Source: an uncultured Chloroflexia bacterium (GTDB lineage: Bacteria > Chloroflexota > Ktedonobacteria > Ktedonobacterales > JADMIN01). From it: a stretch of DNA of 64,000 bases. Below are positions 50,701-61,862 of this stretch, one piece after another; position 1 is the stretch's first letter, and every line of letters begins with the position of its first letter. The notes below the pieces were generated by a model that saw nothing but the letters and a program-made list of their open reading frames with translations, ran no database searches and was not told the DNA's origin. Made by a program: the position numbers and the translations under genes. The stretch is taken from the NCBI GenBank assembly GCA_963841205.1, contig CAWJCH010000015.1, forward strand, positions 400,958-464,957. The letters run 5' to 3'.

Positions 50701-52604
50701 TGGCCTTCAACCTCGCCATCCCGCTGCTCGCCGCACTGACCTTCTCCGGCGCGTACTCCGTCGTTGCGGGGCTGACGCGCCGCCGTTGGGCGGGCATCGC
50801 CGCCGGCGTCGGCATCGTGCTCGTCAGCAACCTCGATGGCCTGCAACAGCTCTGGGGCCAATGGCAGGCCGCGGTGGCCCACCTGACAATCCCAGCCTTC
50901 GACTACTGGCGCAGCAGCCGCGTGATCCCGTTCACCATCAACGAGTATCCCTTCTGGAGCTTCCTCTTCGCCGATCTCCACGCGCACGTCATCGACCTGC
51001 CGATCGTCGTCCTGCTGATCGGCTGCTGCGCCTCGCTGCTGGCCAGCGCCCGCCGTGACGCGCGACGCTGGCGCTACGCCGCCCCCACGCTGGCCGCCGT
51101 CGCGCTGGCGCTCGGCGCGGCTTGGTGTACCAACACGTGGGACGTGCCGACCTGCGCGGCGCTCGTCGCCGTCGTCCTGGCGGTGCGCCTCCTCCCGATC
51201 GGACCCCACGCGAGGTGGCTCGACCTCTGGCACGCCATCACCTGGCCTACCGTCCGCAACTATGTCGTGGCGCTCGGCCTGACCCTCGTCGCCGCCTACG
51301 TCCTCTACCTGCCCTTCCAGTCGAATTACCAGAACCTGCTCCCCGGCGGCACCGGACCCGTCACGACCCCGACACCACCAGGCCTTTTCTTCATCCTCTT
51401 CGGCATCTGGCTCTTCCTCGTCGCCTCGTTCTTCCTGGTCGATCTGCACGCCCGCTTCGAGGCCGCGCTCGCGACGCGCGACCAGGAGCCCTCCTACTCG
51501 TCCGCCACCCGCACCTGGGGCCTGGCCCTCGGTTGGGCGCTAATCCTCCTGATCGCTTACTTCGCCAGCCTCAAGTTGCTGCTGATCGTTCTGCTGGCGG
51601 TCGGATTGGTGCTAGCACTCAACCCGCGCCACTCGCCCGCCAAGCTGATGACGTACCTGCTGCTGCTGTTTGGGATCGGCCTCGCCCTCGTCGTCGAGTT
51701 GATCTACATCCGCGACTTCCTCGACAACTCCGACTACGAGCGGATGAATACCGTCTTCAAGTTTTACTACCAGGCATGGGTGGTTTTCGCCCTCGGCGGC
51801 GCGCTCGCCTTCTCCTTCATCCTGCGCCGCCTCTTCGGCTCAGCGCGCTATCGAGGCGCATCCTATGACGACGTCGACGCCGACTACAGCAGCGCCGCCC
51901 CACGTGCGCGCTTCACCAACGTCCTCGGCCTTGTTACCGTGCCGCTGGGAACGGTCAGCGCCTGGGCGCTCCGCAGCCTCTGGGTGGCGATCTTCGCGGC
52001 CCTACTCTTCGGCTCCACGGTCTACGACTTCGAGGGCACCGCCGTTCGTGTGCAGGACCCCGCCGCCTGGGCAAGCTATCAACCGCCCGCCGGGGGCCTC
52101 CAGCCCCAGGGACTCTCGCTCAACGGCGAAGACTTCCTAAAAGGTTGGTTCCCCGGCGACTACCAGGCTATCAACTGGATCAACGCCAACATCCCCGGCA
52201 CGCCGACGATAGTGGAGGCGGGCTACACCATTTACTATCGTGAACTCTATGGGCGAGTGGCAATGTTCACTGGCCTGCCAGACGTCTTCCAGCCCGCGCA
52301 CGAGAGCGAACAACGCTACTCGGATTCCGTCGGCATCCGCCAGAATGCCCTCCAGACCTTCTGGGGCACCGATGATGCAGTCGTGGCACTCAGCTTCTTG
52401 AAGGAATATGGCGTACAGTACGTCTACCTGGGCGATATGGAGCGTACATGCTATGCGCAGAACGTCGATCCGTCCACCAACGCGACGGTCTGTGAAGCGA
52501 TGTCGGACACTGCTATCGCCAAATTCACCGCACTAGTCGGTCAAGGCAAATTGCAGGTCGTCTACCACAACGCGGGTGTAGATATCTATAAGGTCGTCGG
52601 CTGA
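47765..52604 (+). CDS. PMT/GT39-like + DUF2298 (YYY-domain) fusion protein of ~1600 aa, split by a +1 frameshift near 49569
   Basis: First frame: LHPDERE, NPHFFAYGSLP. Second frame: GGEKPMDFAYLNA, INYYYYG, EYPFWSFLFADLHAH, RMNTVFKFYYQAW. Removing one C restores E-I-W-D-R-G-L-P. Confidence 0.8.
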
Positions 52605-55363
52605 TGGGGATCGTCTTCGTCTGGTGGCTGGCCGTCGAGTTCGTTGGCCTGGCGAGTCTGCCGCTCGCCGTCACCGTCTTCGCGCGCCTGCCGGATCGCG
52701 GCTGGGCGCTGGCGAAGCCACTGGGCGTCCTCGTCCTCGGCTGGCTCGTCTGGTTCCCGTTGATCACGATCCAGGCGCTGCCGTACTCAGCCGCGTGGAT
52801 CGGCGTAGCTTTCATGGTCTACGCCGCCGCCAACCTCGCGCTGCTGCTCCGCGTCCCATCGGTTCGCGCGCGCCTGCTCGATCTCGTCATGCGCGCGCGC
52901 GGCTATATCGTTCTCACCGAGGCGCTCTTCGCGGTCGCGTTCGCCGCGTTCGCCTGGTTCCGCTCCTTCAGTCCCGCCGTCGTAGACACCGAAAAGTTCA
53001 TGGACGTCGCCTTCATCAGTGCCCTCTGGCGCGCGCCGCACCTCCCCGCGCCCGATCCCTGGCTCAGCGGCTACCCCATCAACTACTACTACTTCGGCCA
53101 CTTCCTCATCGCGACCCTCGCCAAGACGCTCGGCACGCAGCCGGGGACCGCGTTCAACCTGGGCATCTCGCTGATCTTCGCCCTCACCGCCGTCGCCGTC
53201 TTCGGCGTCGCCCTGAATCTCACAGCAGCGCTGCGCCACAAATCCAGTGGATCGCTCCTTGGTATGGCCCCTTTCGGTCTTGCCGCGGTCTTCTTCGTCC
53301 TGATCGCGGGCAATCTCCGTGGAGCGCAGGTCTGGTGGCAGGATGCCCTCAACGCGACGAAATACAGTCTCTCGCTCCATGGCAATCCGTGGGCATGGTG
53401 GACGAACCGGCCTCTCTGGCTCGGCTATGAGTGGTGGCCGCCGTCGCGCGCCATCCCCAACACCATCACTGAGTTCCCCGCCTTCAGCTTCGTCCTCTCC
53501 GACCTGCATGCGCACGTGCTCGCGCTGCCGTTCGCAGCGTTGGCCGTTGGCCTCGCGCTCAATATCCTGCTGGCGCGTGGCGAGGGGATACGCCTCTTCC
53601 AGCAGGGTCGCCTCAGCTGGCTCGTGTTGGCCGTCACCGCCATCTGTCTCGGCGGCATGTACGCCATCAACGGCTGGGATCTGCCGACCTACCTGGGACT
53701 GGCACTGCTGGCACTGGCGATCCAGCAGTGGCTGGCCCACGGGCGGCGCTGGTCCTCCACCCTTGCCCTCAACGCCCTCGCGGCCGGCTCGCTACTCTGC
53801 GCGCTCTGCCTCCTTGCCTACCTCCCCTTCTACCGCGGCTTCGTCTCGCCCTCGCAGGGCATCGGCCCCGTCGGCCCCACCGATCACTCGCTGATCGGTG
53901 ACGAGGTGGCGATCTTCGGCCTGCCGGTCTTCATCCTCGGCTCGCTGCTCGTCATCTGGCTTGCGCGCTGGGCCGGCAAGGCGTTTGCAGACTGGTTCAC
54001 CGGCGCGGGCAATGCCTACCGGGGCAATCCCTCACCCGTGGGGCCGTGGATTGACCGCAACGCACGCCTCGTCGGCTCGGCGATCTTCCTCTGGGTGATC
54101 GTCATCCTCGTGCTCTTCACCCTGAAGTCTCAGGGCTACATGGGATGGACGATCTTCTGGTGCGTCGCGCTGGTCCTCGGCTCCGCGGCATTCGTCCTGC
54201 GCGCCCTGTTGACGCGCCGCGCCGCCGACCGTGATGAATCGGAGGCCGCCGGTGAGGACCCCGCAGCCGACGATTCTCGGCGCGCCGAGCTCTGGATGCT
54301 CTGCCTCTTCGGCACGGCGGCGGCGCTCGTCGCGGGCTGCGAGCTGCTCTTCGTCCGTGACATCTTTAACTCGCGGATGAATACCGTCTTCAAGCTCTAC
54401 TACCAGGCATGGCTGCTGCTCGGCATCGCTGCTGCTCCCGCGCTGGCGTGGCTCGTGGGCGCGGCGCGGCGGACCTGGGCGTCATCGTTCGCCCCCTCCA
54501 CGCGATTTTCCGTCGTCGAGGTCGGCACCTCAGCCCGCCCTGAGCCAGCTTCCAGCCTCGCACTGGCGGGAACAGGCACGGGCACCGTAGCGGCATCAAA
54601 TGCGATGGCGCTCGTCAATGGCAGTGGTGATCAGGCCTCGGATAGAGGCGCCCCTCGTATCCGACGATCCGCCCTTCCCACGGCGAGGGCAACCGATTGG
54701 GGAGGTCGCGCGGCGAGCCTACTCCCACGAGCGTTGCGCGGTCTGCGGCCAGCGGGTATCCTGTTGTGGAGCGCGCTGCTGGTCGCGCTCGTTGCCGCCG
54801 CGCTGATCTATCCCGTGTTGGCAACCTCGGCGCGCAGCAATAACTTCGCGCAGTCGCAGCAGCCTGGTCTCTCCGGCACGCTCGACGGCACGGCCTACAT
54901 GGCGGACGACAGCACCTCGGTCCCCGCCGATTGTGCGGTTGGTGGAGGGTCGAATCGCGGCGACAACTTTGCGATCGCCTGGCTGAACACGCACGTCAGC
55001 GGCTCGCCAGTCATCCTGGAGGCGCCTGGCTGCGAATGGTCACACTTCAGCCGCATCTCCGCCTTCACCGGGCTGCCGACGCTGCTCGGTTGGCCCGGCG
55101 GGCACGAGGGCGAGTGGCGCATCAACTGGCCGCCGTTGCAGCAAACCGACATCTTTGGTCAGCGCACGAATGCCATCAACACCGTCTACACCAGCACCAA
55201 CGAGCAGAGCGTGCTCGTGCTGCTGCACCAATATTCGGTCAGATACGTCTACGTCGGCGCGGCAGAGCGTAACCTCTACGCGACCGCCGATCTCGATCGT
55301 TTCAGCGCGTATCTCAAGATCGTCTACAAGTATGATGGCGTGACCATCTACGCCGTGTCATAG
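52604..55363 (+). CDS. DUF2298 (Chlor_Arch_YYY) membrane protein
   Basis: EKFMD, DPWLSGYPINYYYFG, EFPAFSFVLSDLHAH, RMNTVFKLYYQAW. Confidence 0.88.
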   Translation: MGIVFVWWLAVEFVGLASLPLAVTVFARLPDRGWALAKPLGVLVLGWLVWFPLITIQALPYSAAWIGVAFMVYAAANLALLLRVPSVRARLLDLVMRARGYIVLTEALFAVAFAAFAWFRSFSPAVVDTEKFMDVAFISALWRAPHLPAPDPWLSGYPINYYYFGHFLIATLAKTLGTQPGTAFNLGISLIFALTAVAVFGVALNLTAALRHKSSGSLLGMAPFGLAAVFFVLIAGNLRGAQVWWQDALNATKYSLSLHGNPWAWWTNRPLWLGYEWWPPSRAIPNTITEFPAFSFVLSDLHAHVLALPFAALAVGLALNILLARGEGIRLFQQGRLSWLVLAVTAICLGGMYAINGWDLPTYLGLALLALAIQQWLAHGRRWSSTLALNALAAGSLLCALCLLAYLPFYRGFVSPSQGIGPVGPTDHSLIGDEVAIFGLPVFILGSLLVIWLARWAGKAFADWFTGAGNAYRGNPSPVGPWIDRNARLVGSAIFLWVIVILVLFTLKSQGYMGWTIFWCVALVLGSAAFVLRALLTRRAADRDESEAAGEDPAADDSRRAELWMLCLFGTAAALVAGCELLFVRDIFNSRMNTVFKLYYQAWLLLGIAAAPALAWLVGAARRTWASSFAPSTRFSVVEVGTSARPEPASSLALAGTGTGTVAASNAMALVNGSGDQASDRGAPRIRRSALPTARATDWGGRAASLLPRALRGLRPAGILLWSALLVALVAAALIYPVLATSARSNNFAQSQQPGLSGTLDGTAYMADDSTSVPADCAVGGGSNRGDNFAIAWLNTHVSGSPVILEAPGCEWSHFSRISAFTGLPTLLGWPGGHEGEWRINWPPLQQTDIFGQRTNAINTVYTSTNEQSVLVLLHQYSVRYVYVGAAERNLYATADLDRFSAYLKIVYKYDGVTIYAVS

Positions 55364-55371
55364 GGGGCGCC

Positions 55372-58230
55372 ATGAGCAGCTCGAAGGGCAAGGGTAAGAC
55401 TGGGCAGCCCCGGTCTCGCCCACGGACGACACCGCGCAACGCTGCCGCGACGAACGGCGCACGCGACGCCGATCTCCGCAACCGCCGCACGGGGGTTCCG
55501 TCGTCGCCAAGCACCGGCACCAGCGGGACGCAACCCGCGATTCCGGCCTCGGTCGCCACCAGCGACGCGTCCGATGAGACGCTCGCCCGCGCGACGCCGA
55601 GCGAAAACGACTGGCCCGAGCCGCTCGATGACGACTTCGCTAGCTCCTCGGTAGCGAACGCGCCAAGCCCCAGCGCGAGCGATACGTGGCGGGCCTCCGC
55701 GAAAGACGGCGCGCAGCTGGCGCACGTCCCGCCGCTACCAGCCGTCTCAGGTACTCGCCTCGCCGATCGCCCCAAGGCGCTCGAAGATTACCTGGACTTC
55801 GACACCGAAACAACCGCGCTCCCTCGCCCCCCATTGCGCGACCGCGCCGCCGCCTTCGCCACCAACCTGCAGACACGCCTCCGCGCCGTCACGCCGGAAC
55901 AGTGGCTCTGGTTCGGCGTCATCCTCCTCGCCACCATCTTGCGCTTCTGGGGCCTCGGCGACAAGCCGCTGCATCACGACGAGAGTATGCACGCCTACTT
56001 CTCGCTCCAGTTCGCCGAGAACCCCGGCGGTTACGCCTACAACCCGTTGCTGCATGGACCTTTCCAGTTCCACGCCGAAGGCCTCATGTTCGCCATCATC
56101 CTCGGCGTGCAGGCCATCTTCGTACACGGTGCCGTCGGCAACCCTTGGATCAACGACACCACCGCCCGCTTCCTGCCGGCGCTCTTCGGCCTTGGCATCG
56201 TGGCGCTGCCGTTCTGGCTCCGTCGCGAGCTCGGTCGCGTCGGCGCCCTGGTGGCCTCGTTCCTCCTCGCCGTCTCGCCCACCTTCGTTTACTTCTCCCG
56301 CTTCCTGCGCGAGGACATCTACTTCAACTTCTTCATGTTCGCGATGGTCGTCAGCGCTATTCGCTTCGCCCAATCGCGCAGCACGAAATGGTTCATCGCC
56401 CTCTTCGCCTTCACTGTCCTCGCCTACGCCACCTTCGAGGGGACATTCCTCACCCTCACCATCTTCGGCGGCTTCCTCGTGCTGCTCTTCTTCTGGGACC
56501 TCGCGCATGGCGTCGAGCGGCTCCTGCCGAAGAATTTCACAGGTCGCGAGCGCACGTTCTTCGCGCGCGCCGGATTGCTCTGCATCCTCGCCGCGGTGGC
56601 TGCGCTCGTCGCCAAGATCGGCTTGCAGACGTTATCCGCCGTCAGCTCCTACATCAACAACTACAGCGCCACCGACCCCAAATATAAGGGGCTGCCTTCC
56701 CCGGACACGATCGTCCGCGAGTGGGAGGATCGCGGCGTCTCGATCCTCCTCTTCGCCAGCATCGCCGTCGCCCTGCTCGTGATCGCAACCTTGCTTTGGC
56801 AGATGTACCGCGACGACCTGATCTACGGCAAGCCGCAGGACTACGATGCCTTCGCCGACGACGAGGAATACGCGCAGGCGCTGCAGGCGCGCTACCAGTC
56901 CAGCCCGGCGGCGCGGCTCGACCGCATCTTCACCGCGCCCAGCCGCGCAATCGGCCGCCTGCGCAGGCGCGTCAACCCCCAGGGTCAGTCGTTCATCTAC
57001 CTGCTGCTCAGCATCACCTGGGTGCAGTGGTTTGTTGCGTTCGTCGTCGCCTGGCTGCTCTTCGCCGCCCTCTTCTGGATCATCCCGCCCGGTCCCGCCG
57101 ACAATCCCGCGCCCACCATCGGCGCCGGCTTCCAGCGCGGTGTCGGCCTCGGCCTCTTGCAGGGGCTCTATTACTGGCTCCAGCAGCAGGACGTCGCCCG
57201 CGGCGCCCAGCCCTGGTACTACTACCTGCTGGTGATGCCCCTCTACGAGCAGCTCGTCTGCATCTTCGGCCTCATCGGCATCGTCTACAGTGCAGCGCGC
57301 CCGACGCGCTTCCGCATGTTCCTCGTCTGGTGGTTCGTCGCCTCGCTCGGCATCTACTCCTGGGCCGGTGAGAAAATGCCCTGGCTCACCATCCACATCC
57401 TGCTGCCTCTCTTCCTGCTTTCCGCCGTCGTCCTTTCGCGGCTGCTGCAAGGCGCCTACGCCGCCGTCCTGCGCGCCGCCGATGACCTCGCCACCGGCGT
57501 GCACAACGTCGGGCGCAGCGTCGGCATCATCGTCAGAACGGCCGTCAAGCCAGCGGTGCTTGGTGTGCTCGCCGCGCTCGTCCTGCTCGTGCCCATGATG
57601 TACGGCATGCTAACGCTCTCGCAGGTGGATGCCGCCAACGCCCCCAACGAGATGTTGATCTACGTCCAGACGTCCCCCGACTGGCAACTCGTCATGAACA
57701 AGATAAAAGCCGCCGATCAGAAGCTCGACGGCGGCAAGCACACCATCCGCATCGGCGTCGGCGCCGGTATGGAGTGGCCCTCGTACTGGTACTTCCTCGA
57801 CTATCCCAACACGTTCTACAGCTATGATCCCACCGCCGCCAACGCGCCTCAGGTGGACGTGATGGTGCTCGCCCAATGGGAGACCGACGGCCAGACCTAT
57901 CTCGACGCGACGCCTCTGGGCTACACTGCGCACGACTACAAATTGCGCTGGTGGTGGGACGAGGGCTACAAGCCCCTCCCGTGCGTCCCGACGAAGACGA
58001 CGCAGTGCCACAACTCCACCGACGGCCTGTTCTACGGCGAGGGTCTCGGCCCCTACCTGACCTACGGCGCCGCGCAGCCGGCCGGTCAGCCCAACTTCCA
58101 GTTGACGAAGGCCGCCGGGCGCGTCTGGAACTGGCTTTGGACCCGCACGCCCATCGGCTCACCCAACCCCGGCTCGACGGACTTCGTCTTCGTCGTCCGC
58201 GCGGGCGTCCCGACCACCGCCGCGCCGTAG
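55372..58230 (+). CDS. TIGR03663/Agl23-like GT-C membrane protein
   Basis: LHHDESMH, YNPLLHGPFQF, YFSRFLRED, YSWAGEKMPWL. Confidence 0.85.
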   Translation: MSSSKGKGKTGQPRSRPRTTPRNAAATNGARDADLRNRRTGVPSSPSTGTSGTQPAIPASVATSDASDETLARATPSENDWPEPLDDDFASSSVANAPSPSASDTWRASAKDGAQLAHVPPLPAVSGTRLADRPKALEDYLDFDTETTALPRPPLRDRAAAFATNLQTRLRAVTPEQWLWFGVILLATILRFWGLGDKPLHHDESMHAYFSLQFAENPGGYAYNPLLHGPFQFHAEGLMFAIILGVQAIFVHGAVGNPWINDTTARFLPALFGLGIVALPFWLRRELGRVGALVASFLLAVSPTFVYFSRFLREDIYFNFFMFAMVVSAIRFAQSRSTKWFIALFAFTVLAYATFEGTFLTLTIFGGFLVLLFFWDLAHGVERLLPKNFTGRERTFFARAGLLCILAAVAALVAKIGLQTLSAVSSYINNYSATDPKYKGLPSPDTIVREWEDRGVSILLFASIAVALLVIATLLWQMYRDDLIYGKPQDYDAFADDEEYAQALQARYQSSPAARLDRIFTAPSRAIGRLRRRVNPQGQSFIYLLLSITWVQWFVAFVVAWLLFAALFWIIPPGPADNPAPTIGAGFQRGVGLGLLQGLYYWLQQQDVARGAQPWYYYLLVMPLYEQLVCIFGLIGIVYSAARPTRFRMFLVWWFVASLGIYSWAGEKMPWLTIHILLPLFLLSAVVLSRLLQGAYAAVLRAADDLATGVHNVGRSVGIIVRTAVKPAVLGVLAALVLLVPMMYGMLTLSQVDAANAPNEMLIYVQTSPDWQLVMNKIKAADQKLDGGKHTIRIGVGAGMEWPSYWYFLDYPNTFYSYDPTAANAPQVDVMVLAQWETDGQTYLDATPLGYTAHDYKLRWWWDEGYKPLPCVPTKTTQCHNSTDGLFYGEGLGPYLTYGAAQPAGQPNFQLTKAAGRVWNWLWTRTPIGSPNPGSTDFVFVVRAGVPTTAAP

Positions 58231-58263
58231 TGCCCAGACGCCCCACGGCGCGAGGAACCATCG

Positions 58264-58992
58264 ATGATAGAAGAAAAGCCCGCCACACTGGCTGAGCTTG
58301 AGCGACTGACTGAGCTTGAGCGACGCCTCGGCGTCCACTTCCACGACCGCGATCTTCTGCTGCGCGCGCTGACGCACCACTCCGCCGTCCCAGCCGATCC
58401 CATCCACGCCTCCTACGACCGCCTGGAGTTCCTCGGCGACGCCATCATCGGCGCGCGCGTCGTCGAGCACCTCTACCAGGCCTACCCCGACGCCAACGAA
58501 GGCAAGCTCACCGCCCTGAAGTCCGAGGTGGTGAGCCGTCGCGTCCTCGCGCGCATCGGCCTCGCCCTCGGCGTAGATCATGCCCTTCGCGCCGATGTAG
58601 CGAGCCTGCGCACCTTCAATGAGCGCTCGCGCGACTCCCTCAGCGCGGACGTGCTCGAAGCGCTCGTCGGTGCCATCTTCCTCGATCAGGGCCGCACCAG
58701 CGCGGAGCAGTTCATCGATCGCGAGATCGTGCCCTTCATCGCCGAGATCAAGTCCACCCTCAGCGACAACAACCCCAAAGGCACACTCCAGCAGCACGTC
58801 CTACGGCAGACGGGTGTCCTGCCGCGCTACGAAGTGCTGGCGCAGTCCGGCCAGGACAACGACCGCACCTATACCGTCGGCGTCTTCGCCGGCGAGCGTC
58901 AACTCGCCACAGGCTCCGGCAGCAGCATCAAAGAAGCCGGACGCGAGGCCGCCCGCGCCGCCCTCAGTGGCGAAACCGTCGACCAGACGTAG
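58264..58992 (+). CDS. rnc: Ribonuclease III
   Basis: ALTH, RLEFLGDA, ADVLEALVGAIFLD, C-terminal dsRBD. Confidence 0.95.
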   Translation: MIEEKPATLAELERLTELERRLGVHFHDRDLLLRALTHHSAVPADPIHASYDRLEFLGDAIIGARVVEHLYQAYPDANEGKLTALKSEVVSRRVLARIGLALGVDHALRADVASLRTFNERSRDSLSADVLEALVGAIFLDQGRTSAEQFIDREIVPFIAEIKSTLSDNNPKGTLQQHVLRQTGVLPRYEVLAQSGQDNDRTYTVGVFAGERQLATGSGSSIKEAGREAARAALSGETVDQT

Positions 58993-59403
58993 GGCTAGAC
59001 CTGCCTCGCCCGTCCGCCTCACCATCTCGGCTCCCTTCAGTTGCACCTCACGCGCTTCGCCCACCGGCTTTTCGCAATCGATGTGCGCCATCACGCTCCG
59101 CCTTGAATATCGCGCCACCTTCTGGTACAGTTGCTTCCAGCGCATGCGCCACGGGCGCGTGTCACCAGAGATATTGAGCGAAACTCGCGCACGAGCATGA
59201 AGGAGGCGTCGTCATGAAACCGTCCGCCTCCGTGCTCGACGACTAGCGCCGCTCCCTCGACCCACCCTTGCGCCCAACTGGCGCAGGCTCACGTCCTCGC
59301 CGCCCCACAAGCGGCTCCTGGCGCCATTCTTCTCGCACGACCGGCGGGCATAGCTCGCCGGTTTTTCGCGTTTCCGCGCCTGCAACCGAGCAGGGGTCAG
59401 ACA

Positions 59404-60540
59404 ATGCGACATGTACGAGATGAACAGCTACAGGAGCATGCCCGTTTGAGTAAGACAAAACGGTACGAGCAGACCGCCGACGATCCCCAAATGGACGCCG
59501 CCGATCTGCTGCTAGAGGGTTTGATCGTGGACGGCAGTCGCGGCATGTACCGCGTCGAAACGGAGGCCGGCGCGTACACCTGCACTATCCGCGGGCGATT
59601 GCGCAAAATACTCGACTACGGCGCAAGTGAGAGCGGCCGTCGCGCCGCCAAGAAGGTCAGTGTACGACCGCACGATCCGGTGGCGGTGGGCGACCGCGTA
59701 CGCCTCCTACCGATCGGTACCGGAGCCGGCGTCATCGAGGAGATCGTCGCGCGCGCTGGCGGCTCCTTCACGCGGCGCGATCCCGATCCCAAGGCCGGCG
59801 ATCTCACCACCGTCGCCGGGCTCGACCAGATGGCGATCGTCTTCGCCGCGCGCAACCCAGAGCCGCATCTCGGCCTGCTGGATCGCTTCCTCGTCGTCGC
59901 TGAGGCGCAGTCCATCGCGCCGCTGATCGTCATTTCCAAAGTGGACCTCGGCCTCGCCGACTGGCTCGACGAACGGCTGACCCTCTACGCCCAACTAGGC
60001 TATCCCATCATGCGCACCAGCGTGGCGACGGGCGAGGGCGTCGCGGAACTACGCGCGCTGCTCGCCGGACGCACCACAGCACTGCTCGGCAAATCGGGCG
60101 TCGGCAAATCAAGCCTGCTCAACGCGTTGGAGCCGACCGTCGGGCAGCGCGTCAGCGAGGTCAGCGGAGCGACGGGCAAAGGCCGTCACACCACCACCGC
60201 GACGCGCCTCTTCCCCCTCAGCGGCGACGCCGGCGGCTACCTCGCCGACACCGCCGGTATCCGCTCGCTCGGCCTAAACCGCGAGACCGAACGCCACCTA
60301 GACACCTGTTTCCCCGAATTCCTCCCCTTTCTAGGCGCGTGCCGCCTCCCAAGTTGCGGCCACATCGTCGAGCCGGACTGCGCCATCCGCGACGCTCTGT
60401 TGCGTGGGACCATAGATCGCCAGCGGTATGACAGCTACCGCCGCATACGAGGCGCCGGCGGCTCCCCGCTCGACGACCCCGACGAGGACGAAGGTCTCGA
60501 ACCACTCGCCTACTTGGCTGGCAAGTGGGCAAGCCGCTAA
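59404..60540 (+). CDS. rsgA: Ribosome small subunit-dependent GTPase A (start may be ~59491)
   Basis: VAVGDRV, LDRFLV, GKSGVGKSSLLN, GKGRHTTT, CxxxxCxH..EPDC. Confidence 0.93.
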   Translation: MRHVRDEQLQEHARLSKTKRYEQTADDPQMDAADLLLEGLIVDGSRGMYRVETEAGAYTCTIRGRLRKILDYGASESGRRAAKKVSVRPHDPVAVGDRVRLLPIGTGAGVIEEIVARAGGSFTRRDPDPKAGDLTTVAGLDQMAIVFAARNPEPHLGLLDRFLVVAEAQSIAPLIVISKVDLGLADWLDERLTLYAQLGYPIMRTSVATGEGVAELRALLAGRTTALLGKSGVGKSSLLNALEPTVGQRVSEVSGATGKGRHTTTATRLFPLSGDAGGYLADTAGIRSLGLNRETERHLDTCFPEFLPFLGACRLPSCGHIVEPDCAIRDALLRGTIDRQRYDSYRRIRGAGGSPLDDPDEDEGLEPLAYLAGKWASR

Positions 60541-60646
60541 AAGCGTCGGCCTCTGTCTCCCTCGCCCCGCAGGGAGAGTGGGAAGGGGGGGTGAGGAGCC
60601 CAATCCCACCCACGAGATCACCTCACAAAAGATTGGAGAACACCCT

Positions 60647-61756
60647 ATGGCTCACACCACCAATTCCGACACCGACGACCCAGACGAGCATATCTGGCCC
60701 GAAGCCCTGGTAGCCGTCGAGCCGGTCCGCGAATGGATCGCCTCGGCGCTGCCGGGCCAGCCTCGTATCGTCGGCCCGCTACTCGTCCACCAGGCGAAGG
60801 CATGGGGCGTCACCGCGTCCTTCGCCGCCGCCGGCGCGGCTCCCGATCAGACGCGCGAAGTCGTCTTCAAGGCGTCTCTGCTCCCACTCTTCGCCCGCGC
60901 ACCGCACGTCTACACCCTGCTCACCGAGCGCTGCCCCCGTAGCACGCCCGAGCTCCTCGCGTGGACCTTGCCCCGTCCCGGCCAGACCTGGTCGCTTTTC
61001 GCGCCCTTCGAGGGCCAGACCATTGAAGACCTGCACACGCTCGACGCACTCCTCGCCATGGCGCGCACCCTCGCCGACATCCAAATCCGCTGTGCCAGTC
61101 TGACCGAAGAACATCAGGCTGAGCTGCCGCGCATGCCCGTCGAGGGCATCCCCGCGTGGTTCGACACCGTCCTGCGCGATCTCCGCGAGCGCCAGGCACC
61201 GCTCTGGCGCGGCAAAGCGCGCCGCCTCGCCGCGCAATTCGGCCTACCCGACGATACCCCCGATCGGCTCGATTCCTTCCGCCCACATATCGCCAACTGG
61301 ACCGACGCCCTGGTCACCGCCAACATTCCGCAATCCCTCGACCACGTCGACCTCCACTGGGGCAACGCCGTCCAGCAGCCCGACGGAACCGTGCTGATCT
61401 ACGACTGGGAAGAAGCGGCCTTGAGCTGCCCGCTCTTCTCCCTCGACCGCCTCCTCAACGACGCCCGCGAGCTCGATCTCGGCGAAGCAGCCGCCTGGTC
61501 GAGCTACGCCAGCGGACCGCTCTATACCCCCAGCGAGCTCGCCCTCCGCGACGCCTACCTCGACGCCCTGCCCTGGGGCGCCCGAGCCGACCGCACCCAC
61601 GCCTTCGAGCTCGCCATGCTGCTCGCCCCCATCAAGACCGCCTACGAAAGCCTCGTCTTCGCCGGCGCCCTCGCCTGGGGCGACGAACCCTCCCTCGCCG
61701 CCGCCTGGTCCGTCAACCGCATGCTCGCCCGCTGGCCTGCCGCGACCCACGGGTGA
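60647..61756 (+). CDS. APH-family phosphotransferase
   Basis: VVFK, HVDLHWGN, LIYDWEEA. GGAG RBS. Confidence 0.8.
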   Translation: MAHTTNSDTDDPDEHIWPEALVAVEPVREWIASALPGQPRIVGPLLVHQAKAWGVTASFAAAGAAPDQTREVVFKASLLPLFARAPHVYTLLTERCPRSTPELLAWTLPRPGQTWSLFAPFEGQTIEDLHTLDALLAMARTLADIQIRCASLTEEHQAELPRMPVEGIPAWFDTVLRDLRERQAPLWRGKARRLAAQFGLPDDTPDRLDSFRPHIANWTDALVTANIPQSLDHVDLHWGNAVQQPDGTVLIYDWEEAALSCPLFSLDRLLNDARELDLGEAAAWSSYASGPLYTPSELALRDAYLDALPWGARADRTHAFELAMLLAPIKTAYESLVFAGALAWGDEPSLAAAWSVNRMLARWPAATHG

Positions 61757-61850
61757 TGCTCTCCCGTCCGCCTACGCGAATACGCCTCACACATTGTCGT
61801 CTTCCCGCCTGCCCTTGCGCCTGGTCTCATCGTATGCTATACGTTTTATC

Positions 61851-61862
61851 GAACATAAGTTC
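61851..61862. promoter_or_regulatory. LexA (GAAC-N4-GTTC) SOS-box-like site
   Basis: GAACATAAGTTC flanked by TATGCT and TATAGT -10-like hexamers. Confidence 0.5.

Noticed and set aside
60552-60600. REP-like CTCCC...GGGAGAG...GGGGGTGAGG sequence (similar near 47370 and 62040-62105)
   Set aside because: Degenerate and too dissimilar between copies to define a repeat family from this window.
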